Source of the DNA: Thecamonas trahens ATCC 50062
Lineage: Eukaryota > Protista > Apusomonadida
DNA length: 64,000 nt
Assembly (NCBI RefSeq): GCF_000142905.1
Contig: NW_013657670.1
Location: 21,856-85,855 of the forward strand
Direction of reading: 5' to 3'
Shown here in pieces: positions 10,600-21,494 of this stretch. The notes below the pieces were generated by a model. That model searched no databases. It saw only the letters and a program-made list of their open reading frames with translations, and was not told the DNA's origin. A program made the translations under genes and the position numbers. Within the stretch, counting starts at the first letter, position 1, and each line of letters starts with the position of its first letter.

Positions 10600-13437
10600 A
10601 TGGCGGATTCAACGGATGATATGCAACCGAATCCGAATCGCCTTTTGCATTGTGGTCTGCTTCCATCCATTACGGCTGCAGCATACGCTCCGCATGCCTC
10701 GCTCATCGCGCTCGGCTCGAGAGACGGCGCCATCAAGATCCTCGGGTGTCAGGGAGTCGAGCTGGCTCTGCTGCGCCCACCCATGCCGTGTCATGTGGCG
10801 GATCTGGTCTTTGTTGCTGCTGCAGCAGTTGGTGACGACTCGGGATCGAGCTCGGTGTCTTCGCAGCTGCTGCTGGTCGCCGCTATCGGCTCCGAGCTGG
10901 TGGTGTGGGACGTGACCTCGCCGCAGGCCTCGCCCGAGGCCAAGGCGTATCCGACGCCGGACGGTGCACCAGTCAGCGCGCTTGCTTGTGGACTTGGATC
11001 ACACTTTGTGTTTACAGGCAGCGTCCGCGGCGACGTCACGGTGTTTAACTGCGCCAAGCAGCGGTTCTCGCTGTACTCGATAGCGCTGGGTGTCGGCGCG
11101 ATCTCGGTCCTTGCACCGAGCCCGGTCGACGATGGCGTGCTATGTGTCGGAACCGACGACGGAGTGGCAATGGTAGTCGAGCTGGCGTCCAAGACGCCGC
11201 GGATGCTAGCGGCACCGGCTACTGCGCCGGAGCACGGGCGGGTGACAGCGATGGCTTGGCGCCGCGACGGGAAGCGGGTCGCGGTGGCGTACGCCGGGAG
11301 CACATCCAGCGCCTTGGCCGACTTTGGGATCAAGGGCTCGGGAAAAGACGTGCGCGTGTTCCCTATCGATGATGCCCGGGTGGTGGACCTCGCGTGGATT
11401 GTGCCAGACGAGATGGAGCGCGATGCACTGATGATGCTCACGCCGCGGCCGCGCGGAGGCGAGGGAGGAAACGGCGGCGTGGTGCGGATCATCCACGGGT
11501 TCTCGGCCGCCATGCCGGACGGCGCGCTTTTTGTGACGCACGGCCACATCGACTCGATCGACCTTGCTGCGGGAGCGAGTAAGTTGTTGCCGATTGTGGG
11601 CGGTGAGGGTGGGTCCGAAGCCGGCGACGGCACAACGAGCGCCGCCGGCGTCTGGCCGGCCTCGCCGACCGAAATGCCGACAATGGTGGTGGTGACCGGG
11701 TCGACGCCGACGGCAGCGCTGGCGGTGCTGTGCGATGTGTCGGGAGGGAGCGCTGTGGCGGGCGGGAACCAGTACCTCGAGCTGCCGCTGCCGCGGTCGC
11801 TGGCGCTTGCGGCGGGCGGTGTGACGGCAACGTACTGTCTCGAGAACGTCCCGCTCGAGCTTGTTTCGCATCTGTACCGGACCTCGCCGCGCGGGACGTA
11901 TACAAGCCCACGTGACGAGTGGCCGCTGGTGGGTGGCGCGCTGGGACAGGGGCTGGCCGGCGAGGCGTCAGTCGGGGCGCGGCTGCTTGTCACCGGACAC
12001 TCGAGCGGCGTGGTGAGCGTGTGGGACGTGACAACGCCTGCGCTTTGCGAGCTCAGCACGCTCAATGTCAACATGGCATGCCCGACGATGCCGATGGACG
12101 CGCGTGTTGTGGGCCTTGCGGCGGCATGCTCGACTGATGGCACGCTCTGCCTCGCCGTGCTCTGCGGCTCGGGCGAAATCTACCTCGTGGGCGTGTGCAC
12201 GAGTCTCAGCGATGACGACGAGCCCGCGCGGCATGTGGTAGCTCGATACACCTGCGACGGCGAGCTGAGCGAGGCCGAAGAGGTGGTCGACGTGGTGCCG
12301 GCGGATGTTGGGCTGCTTGTGCGCGGCGTGGTTTGCCCCGACGGCACGAGCGACAACCGGTGCTCTGTGGTTGCGCTTGACACCAAAGGCGAGCATCTCG
12401 CGCTCGGGCTGCTCTCAGGCGCGGTGGTTGTCGTGGCTGTGGCAACGCTGTCGCTTGAGGCGGTCGGGGTGGCGGCGAGCGTAGCAGAGGCACGGGCGAC
12501 GGCTGTGGCGTTTGTGCGGGCGCCTGGCGACGCGCCGCTGGTGCTTGCAGCGGGAGGCTCGTCGGGCGAGGCGATTGTGTTGCCTGTTGCAGGCGAGGCG
12601 GGGGCGGTGGTGCGCTTGCCGCGGGAGGGCAAGGCATCGGGCGGGGTGACCGGCGTGCACGTGGTCGGCGACGAGGCGCGCCACCTTGCGGTAGTGTGTG
12701 AGCACGAGATACGGATGTACGCTTGGAACGAGGCCAGTACGCTGGACCTTATCTTTACGCGGCTGGCCAAGCCGACGACCTCGCTGGTGTTTTCTGCGGT
12801 GGTCCGTGATGGCGAGCACGGCGGGGCCGGGCTTGTTGCGGTGAGCAGCAGCGGGGCGGTGTACGTGCTCTCGCTCCTTACGCTCCATCTTGTGCTCCGC
12901 GACTCGCTCGAAGCGATTGTGGAGCGACCGGTGACGCGCAGCGTGACTGAGACCGGGCTCTGCGCCGCGGGCGACGGGCACCTGGCGGTGGTGCTCGACT
13001 CGGGCGAGCTCGTCCATGTTGGCTTGTTTGGCGAGAGGCGCGGGCTGCTGGGCCTTCCGGCGAGCGGACCGTATGTACAGGCGGCAGCGCTACCGGCGCG
13101 GCCAAAGCGCAAGGGCTTCTTCAAGTCGCTTCTGGGCGGAAAGTCCGAGTCGGGCGTGTCTCCCGAGCTCGAGGAGCTGCTCGGCCCTGTGGCGAGTGAT
13201 GCGGCCACGGACGAGGCCGCGGGCGACGACGAGAGCAGGGCGGCGTCACGACCGGCAACCTCAGCCGAGGTCAAGCGGATGATGGCCGAGAACCGGAACA
13301 AGCTTGCAGAGCGCGGCGAGAAGATGGAGCAGCTCGGCGAGCAGACGGCAGAGATGGCGGAGAACGCGCGGCAGATGGAGGCGTCAATCGCCGAGTACGT
13401 CCGCGAGCAAGAGAACAAGAAGTGGTGGCAGCTTTGA
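10600..13437 (+). CDS. Tomosyn/Lgl/Sro7-family WD40 protein with C-terminal R-SNARE
   Basis: N-terminal HCG..SITAAAY...LIALGSRDGAIKILG..GVE; WPLVGG; LLVTGH; C-terminal NRNKLAERGEKMEQLGEQTAEM...KKWWQL, typical of tomosyn (STXBP5). Confidence 0.88.
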   Translation: MADSTDDMQPNPNRLLHCGLLPSITAAAYAPHASLIALGSRDGAIKILGCQGVELALLRPPMPCHVADLVFVAAAAVGDDSGSSSVSSQLLLVAAIGSELVVWDVTSPQASPEAKAYPTPDGAPVSALACGLGSHFVFTGSVRGDVTVFNCAKQRFSLYSIALGVGAISVLAPSPVDDGVLCVGTDDGVAMVVELASKTPRMLAAPATAPEHGRVTAMAWRRDGKRVAVAYAGSTSSALADFGIKGSGKDVRVFPIDDARVVDLAWIVPDEMERDALMMLTPRPRGGEGGNGGVVRIIHGFSAAMPDGALFVTHGHIDSIDLAAGASKLLPIVGGEGGSEAGDGTTSAAGVWPASPTEMPTMVVVTGSTPTAALAVLCDVSGGSAVAGGNQYLELPLPRSLALAAGGVTATYCLENVPLELVSHLYRTSPRGTYTSPRDEWPLVGGALGQGLAGEASVGARLLVTGHSSGVVSVWDVTTPALCELSTLNVNMACPTMPMDARVVGLAAACSTDGTLCLAVLCGSGEIYLVGVCTSLSDDDEPARHVVARYTCDGELSEAEEVVDVVPADVGLLVRGVVCPDGTSDNRCSVVALDTKGEHLALGLLSGAVVVVAVATLSLEAVGVAASVAEARATAVAFVRAPGDAPLVLAAGGSSGEAIVLPVAGEAGAVVRLPREGKASGGVTGVHVVGDEARHLAVVCEHEIRMYAWNEASTLDLIFTRLAKPTTSLVFSAVVRDGEHGGAGLVAVSSSGAVYVLSLLTLHLVLRDSLEAIVERPVTRSVTETGLCAAGDGHLAVVLDSGELVHVGLFGERRGLLGLPASGPYVQAAALPARPKRKGFFKSLLGGKSESGVSPELEELLGPVASDAATDEAAGDDESRAASRPATSAEVKRMMAENRNKLAERGEKMEQLGEQTAEMAENARQMEASIAEYVREQENKKWWQL

Positions 13438-14036
13438 GCGGCAAGCCTGAACCCTTAACGGTACGGTCGTTCAGACGCGTTGTCGCATGGTGAGGGGCTT
13501 GTTGTTGACGACCCCGAGGACCGAGAAGGAGAGCATCACAGAGCTGAACACAGCAGCCGGGCGGGAGAGCGCGAGGACGTCTTGCGACGGACGAGCTTGC
13601 CGGTCGGCGTGGCAGCGCAAGTGGTGGCACGCCATCTTGTACTGGATTCTGGACGCCGCTCCTCATCAACACGTACGCGCTCTACGCTGACGCGAGCCCA
13701 CGCCCCGCCATGACTCGCTTGGCTTTTCTCTACAACATCATCGACGCCCACGCCGCCGACGCCGGCGCCGTCAGCTCCCTCTGCGGCGGCTGCTTGTCAT
13801 CACCACATTCCCCAACAAGCCGCTCTACGACGCGACTGCCTCGCCTGCCCGAAACTCCATGGTAAGCGATCGCGGCCACAGACCTTTTGCGCCGCGCGCG
13901 GCGTCCATCTCTGCATCGCCGACTGTGTTCTGTTGTGGCAGCCAGTAACACATTGTACTACTCTTTTACAACAATTCATGGACGTTGCGACGTCTGTGGA
14001 GCGTCGCCCGGAGCGCGGCTTGCGCGATGAAAAGCC

Positions 14037-15342
14037 TTAAAGCGACGGCAGCGCGTTGCGCGAGCCGAAGAACAGCGCCTTGTAGATGGAGCCCATGGCG
14101 TCGGGCGCGACGAGGCGCTCCACGCCCGGGATGATGTCGTCTGCTGACGCACCAGCAGCGAGAAGGGTCTCGGTCCGGGCGGCGATGCCGAGCTTCTGGA
14201 GAGCGACGCCCTGGTCGAGGAGAGGGGCAACGGCGAGCGCGTCCGAGCTCGCGGTGAGAACCTTGGCCAAGGTGCCAAAGTCGACGTCGGCGGTGAGATC
14301 GGCGTCGCCGGGATGGTCGAGGAATGAAGTGAGGACGGCATGGTCCTTGATGGCGCGGAGCGAGGCTGGGACCGGCGAGGCCCAGCCGTAGTCGATGATG
14401 GCGCCGGCAAAGGCAGGCGCCGGCGCCGCGGCGAGAACGCGGGCCAGCTCCTTGGCGGCGGCCCATGAGTCGGGCGAGATCTCGATGCCATCGCCGTCGA
14501 CAACCGGCACCGAGCCGTCATCGACAACCATAGAGCAGGCGAGTGTCGGCGCGTCGGAGAGCGTCAGCGTCAGCGCGTCGCCGCTTGGGTCGAGGCCGAC
14601 CAGCCGCTCGCGCCAGGCGCCGTCGACTCGCAGCAGCTGATGGACCGGGAGCGCATCGAAGAACTCATTGGCGACGACGTAGATTGGTGCTCCGTCGGCA
14701 AAGGCGCCTTCCAGCTCGCGGACAGAGTCGTACCACGCTACAGATGCGATGGCGGAGCGTTCCGATCCCGAGGTGGCGCGCGGACCTGACGGCGTCTCGC
14801 GCGATCCACGCTTGGCTCGCTCCCTCCGCGCGGCAGCTTCGGTCCGCGAGACCTTACCTCTGCGGGCGGAGCGGCGGCGAGAGTTTGGTTGAGCAGCAGA
14901 CGCAGACGCAGCCGGAGCGTGGCGGGCACCGAGCGCTTTGGCCGCGATCCCGAGAGAAACGGCGAGGCCTCGACAAGGTGGACGTGGATCGAGTCCTGCG
15001 GGAGCTTTGCGATCTTTGCAGCAGCGCGAAGAAGATCGGAAGCCAGAGTGCCACGACCAGGACCAAGCTCGACGTAGTGAAGCACAGGCGTAGCAGCAGG
15101 AGCAGCAGTAGTCGCAGCAGGAGCGAGATGATCCGCCAGAGCGTGAATGCCGTAGACAGCGAGCGAGTCGGCAAATAGCTGAGAGACTTCGGGTGCGGTG
15201 ACAAAGTCGCCGGCGGCGCCAAACACGTCCTGCTTGGCGTAGTAACCCAGTGTAGGATGTGTGAGGCATGTTCGCATGTATGCTGCCAGAGGGAGTGGCC
15301 CTGCGAGCTTGATGGCCTTTGCAGCAGAGGGAGGAGGGCCAT
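14037..15342 (-). CDS. NDUFAF7: NDUFAF7/MidA SAM-dependent protein arginine methyltransferase; two apparent frameshifts (15318-15320, 14949-14951)
   Basis: YMRTCLTHPTLGYY, GDFVTAPEVSQLF, VELGPGRGTL, ANEFFDALP, IDYG, PGDADLTADVDF and MGSIYK are spread over three frames and can be joined by adding 1 nt at two homopolymers. Confidence 0.9.
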
Positions 15343-15470
15343 GGCGGCGCGTTGAGTGGCCGGCGGGGATGGGCAAAGTGGCTGGGGCGGCAGGACGTGG
15401 CGAGGGGGACAGGCAGGCGGGGTGGTGATCTGTGTTAACATCGGGGCTAGCGATGGGTGATGGAGCGCGG

Positions 15471-16550
15471 CTAGAGTCGAGCAAGCGCAACAAGAGTGAC
15501 GAGGCCAGTGTTGAGCACCTCGTGGCCGCGATGGGCAAAGTTGAGGACGAGCGAGAGGGTGGCGGCAGCGAGGTCGACGTGGGCGAGGACGGCGAGGGCG
15601 GCGCCGGTGGAGACGGCCATGAGCAGGCCGTTGATGACGAGATGGACCGACTGCGCCATGTAGCGCTTGCGGACAAGGGTCTGGAGGAAAAACTCGAGGA
15701 CATAGGCGGTGTTGAGGGCGAGCCAGTAGTAGGGGAAGGCGCGATGAGAGGCGAGGGCGAGTCCGTTCACAGCGAGCGAGACGTTGAGCCCATGGAGAAG
15801 CGCGTGCTTGTACAGCAGGTACTGGGCCTTCTTGACCCGGTACATGACAGGAACGAGCGGCGATTCGGCTGCTGCAGCCGCATCGGTCTGGTAGTTGTCG
15901 GAGAACGAGTTGACCGGGAAGAGCGGGCGAAGGAGCCAGAGGCAGGTGATGGCAGCAAGTGCGATGAGGCGCGCGCTGAGTGGCCAAGCCGGAACAAGAG
16001 CGATGAAGACAGCCTGTGCCAGGTTGAGCAGCTGGTAGAAGACGTGCTCCACCATCTCGGCGGTGGTCACCACCGCCCGCTCCGACAACGTGCCCGAGGC
16101 GGCGTTGGCGATCCGGGCCTCGTCATGGGCGGCGGCAAAGTCTGCAGCGGCTGCTGCTGTTGTGGCACAGCCGAGGAGGCCCAACACCACGTTGTACGCC
16201 GTGGAATACTCTTTGATCATCTCCTCCTTCACCTGTGGCATCGGAGCCAGTAGCATCATCCATCCCAGACTCAGATGCATCAGCAGCGCACCGCCGAGCA
16301 GTCGGTGACGGCGGGCGTAGCGGCGGACAAACATGGAGGGATGGCGGGCGATGGCCAGGACCACAGGTGCGGCAAAGGCGAGCATGGCGTAGGGCACGCT
16401 CTTCTCGAACATGTTCCATGCCCATGTGGGTGTCATGGGCAGGCTGGGGCTGGGGTGAGGTGGAGTGGGGTGGTGGGAGTGGGAGAGGGGGAGAGGGGGA
16501 GAGGGGGTGGGGGAGGGGGGGGGGGGGGGGGCGTACCGGACCTGCGTCAT
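15471..16550 (-). CDS. Uncharacterised multi-pass membrane protein; probable intron 16444-16536
   Basis: Several hydrophobic helices and conserved-looking motifs (NAASGTL, EMVEHVFYQLLN, FPVNSFSDNY, KHALLHGLN). In-frame 93-nt GTACGC...CAG intron. The 5' end is uncertain (alternative ATG at 16436). Confidence 0.7.
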   Translation of the reverse strand: MTQVRYAPPPPPSPTPSPPLPLSHSHHPTPPHPSPSLPMTPTWAWNMFEKSVPYAMLAFAAPVVLAIARHPSMFVRRYARRHRLLGGALLMHLSLGWMMLLAPMPQVKEEMIKEYSTAYNVVLGLLGCATTAAAAADFAAAHDEARIANAASGTLSERAVVTTAEMVEHVFYQLLNLAQAVFIALVPAWPLSARLIALAAITCLWLLRPLFPVNSFSDNYQTDAAAAAESPLVPVMYRVKKAQYLLYKHALLHGLNVSLAVNGLALASHRAFPYYWLALNTAYVLEFFLQTLVRKRYMAQSVHLVINGLLMAVSTGAALAVLAHVDLAAATLSLVLNFAHRGHEVLNTGLVTLVALARL

Positions 16551-17133
16551 GCATGTGTGAGGGTCACGGTGATGGTTTGGGGGCTGCCTGTGTGTGTGTG
16601 CGAGGCAGATGTGGGGAGGGGAGAGTAGGGAGGGGGTTGTGAGAGCTTCATGGGCATCGCAATGATGATCGAGGGTCGAGATGCGCATGGACGATCCGTG
16701 CTGATGGCGGGGGTGGGTTGCGAGGCGCAGGACGTCAGGCGTGGAGCATGGAGCGCAAGAGGCCGCGACGGTGGGCGAGGAGGGCAGCGCAGCGTGCTGT
16801 GATGGCTGCGGCGACCAAGGGCAAGCCGGGAGGGAGTGCACCAGTCTACCGAGAGAGGACAAGAAGGGCGCGTGTCTGGTGACTGGATGCAGCGCGCAGC
16901 AGCAGATGAGCAGAGGGTGTTGCTCGAGAGAACGAGGGCGCACGCGGAGAAGTGGGCCAGGGCTGGCGGAGGACGGGCGAGTGGCCGGGCGAGCGCGACA
17001 CGGAGCGACGGGAGGGTGTCGGTGAGGGGGGGGGGTGGAGAATGGGGATAGCGAGAGGTAGAACAAAGGTATGAAGCAGACAAGTAGATGTGGCGAGAGG
17101 TTAACATGTCGCGAAGGATGAGAATGATGTGGT

Positions 17134-17397
17134 CTAGCTCTGTTGTTGGCGTTCCAAGCGTTTGAGGTGGTAGTTGATGGTGGGCCCGTGGGTCTTCATC
17201 TTGCGCTCGACCGAGCCGACACAGGCCATGAGGGCCAACTGGGCTTGCCTACACCTCGCAGAGGAAAGCTCATTGCTCTCATAGCATGCCATGAGGGCGA
17301 GGAGCTCAGACGAGCACTCCATGGTCGAGGCAGACTTGGCAACACGGAGCTTGAACGGCTTGGTCTTCTTGTGCAGCTTGAGCCGTCCGCGAACCAT
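17134..17397 (-). CDS. Twin CX9C protein, mitochondrial ribosomal protein mS37 (Mrp10/CHCHD1-like)
   Basis: KLRV...CSSELLALMAC...CRQAQLALMAC...TINYHLKRL matches the Mrp10/mS37 pattern. Confidence 0.8.
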   Translation of the reverse strand: MVRGRLKLHKKTKPFKLRVAKSASTMECSSELLALMACYESNELSSARCRQAQLALMACVGSVERKMKTHGPTINYHLKRLERQQQS

Positions 17398-17782
17398 GGC
17401 TTTTGTTGGTTTGCCGAGTCGAGAGTATCGAGTGCGGGAGGCGTTGTCTTGAGGGGAGTGTTCGACCGGATGATCGTACTCGCCTGATCGTACTTGCTTG
17501 CTCGACCGTACGATCGTACTCGCCTTTGTGAGCGTGCTCAATGTCATCGCTGTGCAAGTGTGAATTGTGTGGCGGCGTTGGCCATGGCTTGCTTCAGCTG
17601 CTTGTTCAGCGTCTGTTTCTTTGCTTGTTGTCTTGCTAGCCACGGCCGAGAGCGAGAAAGACGCACATACATGGGATGGGGGGTTTACGATGCGAGTCAC
17701 CAAAGTAGGGGAAGAAGAGAGCACGGTGCAGAGGCAGAGATGAGAAGCGTGTGCGTGTGTGAGAGAGACAACAACGCCCAGA

Positions 17783-18797
17783 TCAGTAGCGGCGTTGGCT
17801 CCAGCCGCCGCGCGAGCCGCCACGGCCACGACCACGGCCGCCACCGCGACCGCGGCCACCGCCAAAGCGCGAGCCGCCGCGCCCGCCACCAAAGCGGGAG
17901 CCACCACGGCCGCGACCGCCACGGCCGCCGCGACCACGGCCGCCACCGGCGCGCTTGGCCTTGGACTTGGGCTTCTTGGGGCCTGCGGGCTTGGGCAGGA
18001 AGCGCGAGAGCGGGAGGAGCTTCTGGGTGTCGACATACACCTTGAAGCCCGACTTGAACGAGTCAGCCTGGACGCCCTGCGCTGTCTTGACGGTAAACAT
18101 GACCGAGTTAATGGCGCCGAGCACGTCGTCGATCTTGCCCACCAGCGCGTTGTTGTCAGAGTACACCATGGCGTTAAAGTAGGGGATCATGGTGTTGGTC
18201 GACTTGAACACAAGGTCGCCCTCGCACGGATGCACAAACTCACCCAGCTCTGCACTCGTACATGTTCGTCCGCCCTGGTAGTGAGTACACCGCCTGCTCA
18301 CACGCCCCTGCTCGCGTCAAGGTGGATGGGCCGCCGGGATGGCACTCGCCAGAGGGAGTGGGCGACTGGCCGAGCCCCCCGCACTCTTTGACAAACGCTA
18401 CCGACCGCAATACACCACCGACAAAGCCCACACTAAAGACAAGGGAGCATGACGATATAGACTACACCCATGTAGATTATGGAGAGCATGGTACTTGTAT
18501 TCGCCACGTAGGATCAGGCGGAAGACCGACGAGGCCCACCGCAAGAATATCCCTCGCCTCGGCCCGACGCACACACACCCGCTCGGCGACTCGGGGCCAA
18601 CCCAGGGGGCGGGGATGGAGATGGGAGGGGGGGGGGGGAAGGGGGAGGGGGAGGGGGAGATCAGAGAAAGACGTACCAGCAACAGCCTCCGGAGGGCCCG
18701 AGTTGTAGCCACCGCCGCCACGGCCACCGCCATACGAGCGTCCACCGCCGCGTCCACCGCGTCCGCCACGAGAGCCGCCGCGAGACCGCCACGACAT
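17783..18797 (-). CDS. GAR1: H/ACA RNP subunit GAR1; exons 18797-18677 and 18249-17783
   Basis: RGG-rich termini. Splicing GTACGT...CAG restores [20 protein letters not shown]...IPYFNA...GKIDDVLG...[10 protein letters not shown]. Confidence 0.95.
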
Positions 18798-18912
18798 TAT
18801 CAGAGAGGAGTATATACCTCTTCCAATGTCTGTCACCAGTATTAATCGTTTGTTCACCCAACCACGCTCTCGCCATGATCCGAGCCACGCGCAAAGCCAC
18901 ACGTGCCTCAGC

Positions 18913-19782
18913 TTAGGGGGTACCGGCAGCGGCGGCTGCGAGAGCGGCAGCGCGCGCGGCGTGTAGCTCGGCAAGCGTGCCGGAAGCTGTGGCTGCATCG
19001 ACGGTGGCGCGCCAGGCTTCAGACGAGACGCACGTCGCGATGTGGCCGCACACCGGACACGAGTCCTTGCATTGCTGCGAAGATGCACAGCTCGCACCGC
19101 AGGCGAGGCCCTCGGAGCACTGGTTGTACACGCAGTGCCGGCACGACGGCGGATTCGACGCGCACTCGCCCGACGAGATGCACACCTGGCCACACGATGC
19201 GTTGTGCGCGCAGTGGTACGCCACGCACGACGGGCACGTCTCGGATGCCTCACACTCGCCCGACGACGAGCAAATGGTGCCGCAGACCGGGAGTGCTGGC
19301 GGTGGCGGCGGCGGCGGAGACGATCCGGGCACGCAGCCCTTGGCCCAGTCCGAGTGGCAGGCACAACAAGTGATCGAGGTACCCGGAACGGCAGCACATG
19401 GCGCGCCAGGCTCGTTGTCGACCACGCACGCGCCATCAAAGCCGCCGCAGAAGCTCCCGCAAAGCGGATCCGGATTGACACACTGGCGGGTCACGTTGTT
19501 GCACGTTGTGCACGGGTTGCCTCCTCCGCCGACTCGGCAATCAGCATCAATCACGCATCCAGCACCACACACTGGCTCGCAACGACCAGATCGTCCACAT
19601 AGAGCACACGGATTGTCAAAGCGGTCGCCAGCGGTGCAATCTCCCGAGCTCGTGCACTCACTCCCGCACCAGTGGGTAGGCGACGAGAGCGAGGAGGAGG
19701 AGGAGGAGGTGGAGGAGGAGGGGACGACGATAACGACGACGACGATGATGACAGCGAGGAAGAGTGAGAGTAAGACGTGCAT
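18913..19782 (-). CDS. Secreted or membrane-anchored cysteine-rich repeat protein
   Basis: Hydrophobic N-terminus, Ser linker and about six CGxxCxxxxxC...CxxC...C repeats. Confidence 0.7.
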   Translation of the reverse strand: MHVLLSLFLAVIIVVVVIVVPSSSTSSSSSSLSSPTHWCGSECTSSGDCTAGDRFDNPCALCGRSGRCEPVCGAGCVIDADCRVGGGGNPCTTCNNVTRQCVNPDPLCGSFCGGFDGACVVDNEPGAPCAAVPGTSITCCACHSDWAKGCVPGSSPPPPPPPALPVCGTICSSSGECEASETCPSCVAYHCAHNASCGQVCISSGECASNPPSCRHCVYNQCSEGLACGASCASSQQCKDSCPVCGHIATCVSSEAWRATVDAATASGTLAELHAARAAALAAAAAGTP

Positions 19783-19963
19783 GGCAGTCACAGGTTGGGG
19801 GAAGGGGAGAGGTGCTGGGTGTTGGTAGCAGAGGCCAATGACGACGACGACGATGACGACGACGACGAAGGAAACGAGGACGACGACGACGAGGACGACG
19901 ACGACAACGAGGCACGCGTGCGGTGACCCCTTCCCTTCCCCTCCCCACCCCACTCCCCCACTC

Positions 19964-21067
19964 ATGGACACGCCACCCCCTCGACCCATATCGATATACC
20001 ACACAACCATATCTCCTGTCGATCACGAGCAACATGTGGCTGACGGCGTGCCGTATGTCGTCCGCGGCGGGGTGAGCTGCTGGCCAGCCGTGGCCGATGC
20101 AGACGGCGGCAGACGATGGACGGCAGACTCGCTGCTGAGCCTTGTTGATGACCCGGAGGTGACGGTCCGTGTACGATCTGCTGCTGCGGAGAGAGGCAAG
20201 TCTCTCCTTGCTGGCGATGAGTGGCTCGGCAAGCCTGTGGCCATGTCCTTTGCCACCTACGTCACAAGCCACTGGGCGGTCAACGACAGCTCGGTCTATC
20301 TCGCCTCGCTGCCCATCGTCAAGTACTTTCCGGCGCTTATGGAGACGTACGTAGTGCCACCGCCGGCGGCGAGCCAAGGCAAGGCCGGCAATCTCTGGCT
20401 CGGCAGTGCAGGGCAGATCACGCCGGTCCACTACGACTTCTCCACCCGCGAGCCCGGCATGGACGGCCTCCACGCCGTCGTCGCTGGCACCAAGATCTTC
20501 CGCCTCTTTGACCCAGCCGCCAACCTCGGGCGCATTCCACGCCGTCGCTCGTGGTGGCGCTGGCACCAGGGCGCCATCGACGTGCTCGACCCGGATCTGG
20601 ACACCCACCCGGGCTTTGCCGAAGCTGCCTGGGACGATGTCGAGCTCGCCGCAGGCGACATGCTCTTCATTCCCAAGCTCTGGTGGCATCACGTTCGCAC
20701 CACTACGCCTGCTGCCGCCGTCAACTTTTGGTTCCAGTCGCGTGCCTCGGAGGAGCTCAAGCTTACCGTCCATCGCCTCGTCATGGAGGAGCATCTCGCC
20801 TCCGCCGCCGCCATGGTCGTGCCCCGCGACCGCCTCGCCAACATAGTTGCCTTTTACGCCAAGTCGGCTCCGCCGACCGGCGACGCCCTCGATCGCTACC
20901 TTGCTGCGCCTGCCCGCGTCATGGCCCTCGACGCCTTTCTCGACATCTTTGCCGCCATCGGCGCCGACCGCGCCGGCGCCGAGGCCGATCCAGACCTTGC
21001 CGCCCGCCTCCGTGCCCACGTCGCTACCTGGATCGACGCGCATCTGAGCGCACACCTGCTGCAGTGA
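19964..21067 (+). CDS. JmjC/cupin 2-oxoglutarate-Fe(II) oxygenase (FIH/JMJD small hydroxylase type)
   Basis: NLWLGS...TPVHYD, GTKIFRLF and LAAGDMLFIPKLWWHHV..AVNFW, giving an intact HxD...H triad. Confidence 0.88.
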   Translation: MDTPPPRPISIYHTTISPVDHEQHVADGVPYVVRGGVSCWPAVADADGGRRWTADSLLSLVDDPEVTVRVRSAAAERGKSLLAGDEWLGKPVAMSFATYVTSHWAVNDSSVYLASLPIVKYFPALMETYVVPPPAASQGKAGNLWLGSAGQITPVHYDFSTREPGMDGLHAVVAGTKIFRLFDPAANLGRIPRRRSWWRWHQGAIDVLDPDLDTHPGFAEAAWDDVELAAGDMLFIPKLWWHHVRTTTPAAAVNFWFQSRASEELKLTVHRLVMEEHLASAAAMVVPRDRLANIVAFYAKSAPPTGDALDRYLAAPARVMALDAFLDIFAAIGADRAGAEADPDLAARLRAHVATWIDAHLSAHLLQ

Positions 21068-21172
21068 GCCTCTCTTCGATCGTGCCTGATCCCGCCAGCC
21101 TCCTCCCGCTTTCCAGTGCACTAATGAAATACTGAACTCGTGCCGTTTGCCTAAAGGAAATGCTATTGCATT

Positions 21173-21244
21173 GATTGCGTGGTCTAGTGGTATGATACAC
21201 CGTTTGGATCGGTGTGGTCCCAGGTCCGATTCCTGGCGCAGTCC
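21173..21244 (+). tRNA. tRNA-Pro(UGG)
   Basis: 72-nt cloverleaf: acceptor GATTGCG/CGCAGTC, D-arm TGGTCTAGTGGTATGAT, anticodon stem CACCG/CGGTG with TGG at 21205-21207, T-stem CCAGG/CCTGG, discriminator C. Confidence 0.9.
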
Positions 21245-21247
21245 GTA

Positions 21248-21255
21248 TTTTTTTT
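21248..21255 (+). terminator. Pol III oligo-T terminator of the tRNA
   Basis: T8 run 3 nt after the tRNA 3' end. Confidence 0.8.
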
Positions 21256-21494
21256 ACCCCATTTCAGACCCTCGGCTGTAGCCCCACTGTGTGCGGACAG
21301 GTACATGGTGGCTTGTGCCACCACAGATAAGCTGTTGACTACCTTCTATGGTGTTGTCTACGCTGATGGGTTGGATGCCTCCAGCCTGTGTTCAAATTGG
21401 AGGTGTATATTTTTTTTTCACCCCCCCTCTCTCCCCCACAACCTTCTATTCCGTCCCTCTTCCCCTCAGCCCTCCCGCACCACCTGTCTCACTC

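Noticed and set aside
13470-13760. Small gene between tomosyn and NDUFAF7 (minus-frame MACHHLRC...FSSVMLSFSVLGVVNNK)
   Set aside because: Short, no recognisable family and no consistent gene model; it cannot be supported without expression data.
21173-21244. tRNA-Sec next to the selenoprotein
   Set aside because: The anticodon is TGG, the variable loop is short and the fold is the standard 7/5, so it is tRNA-Pro.
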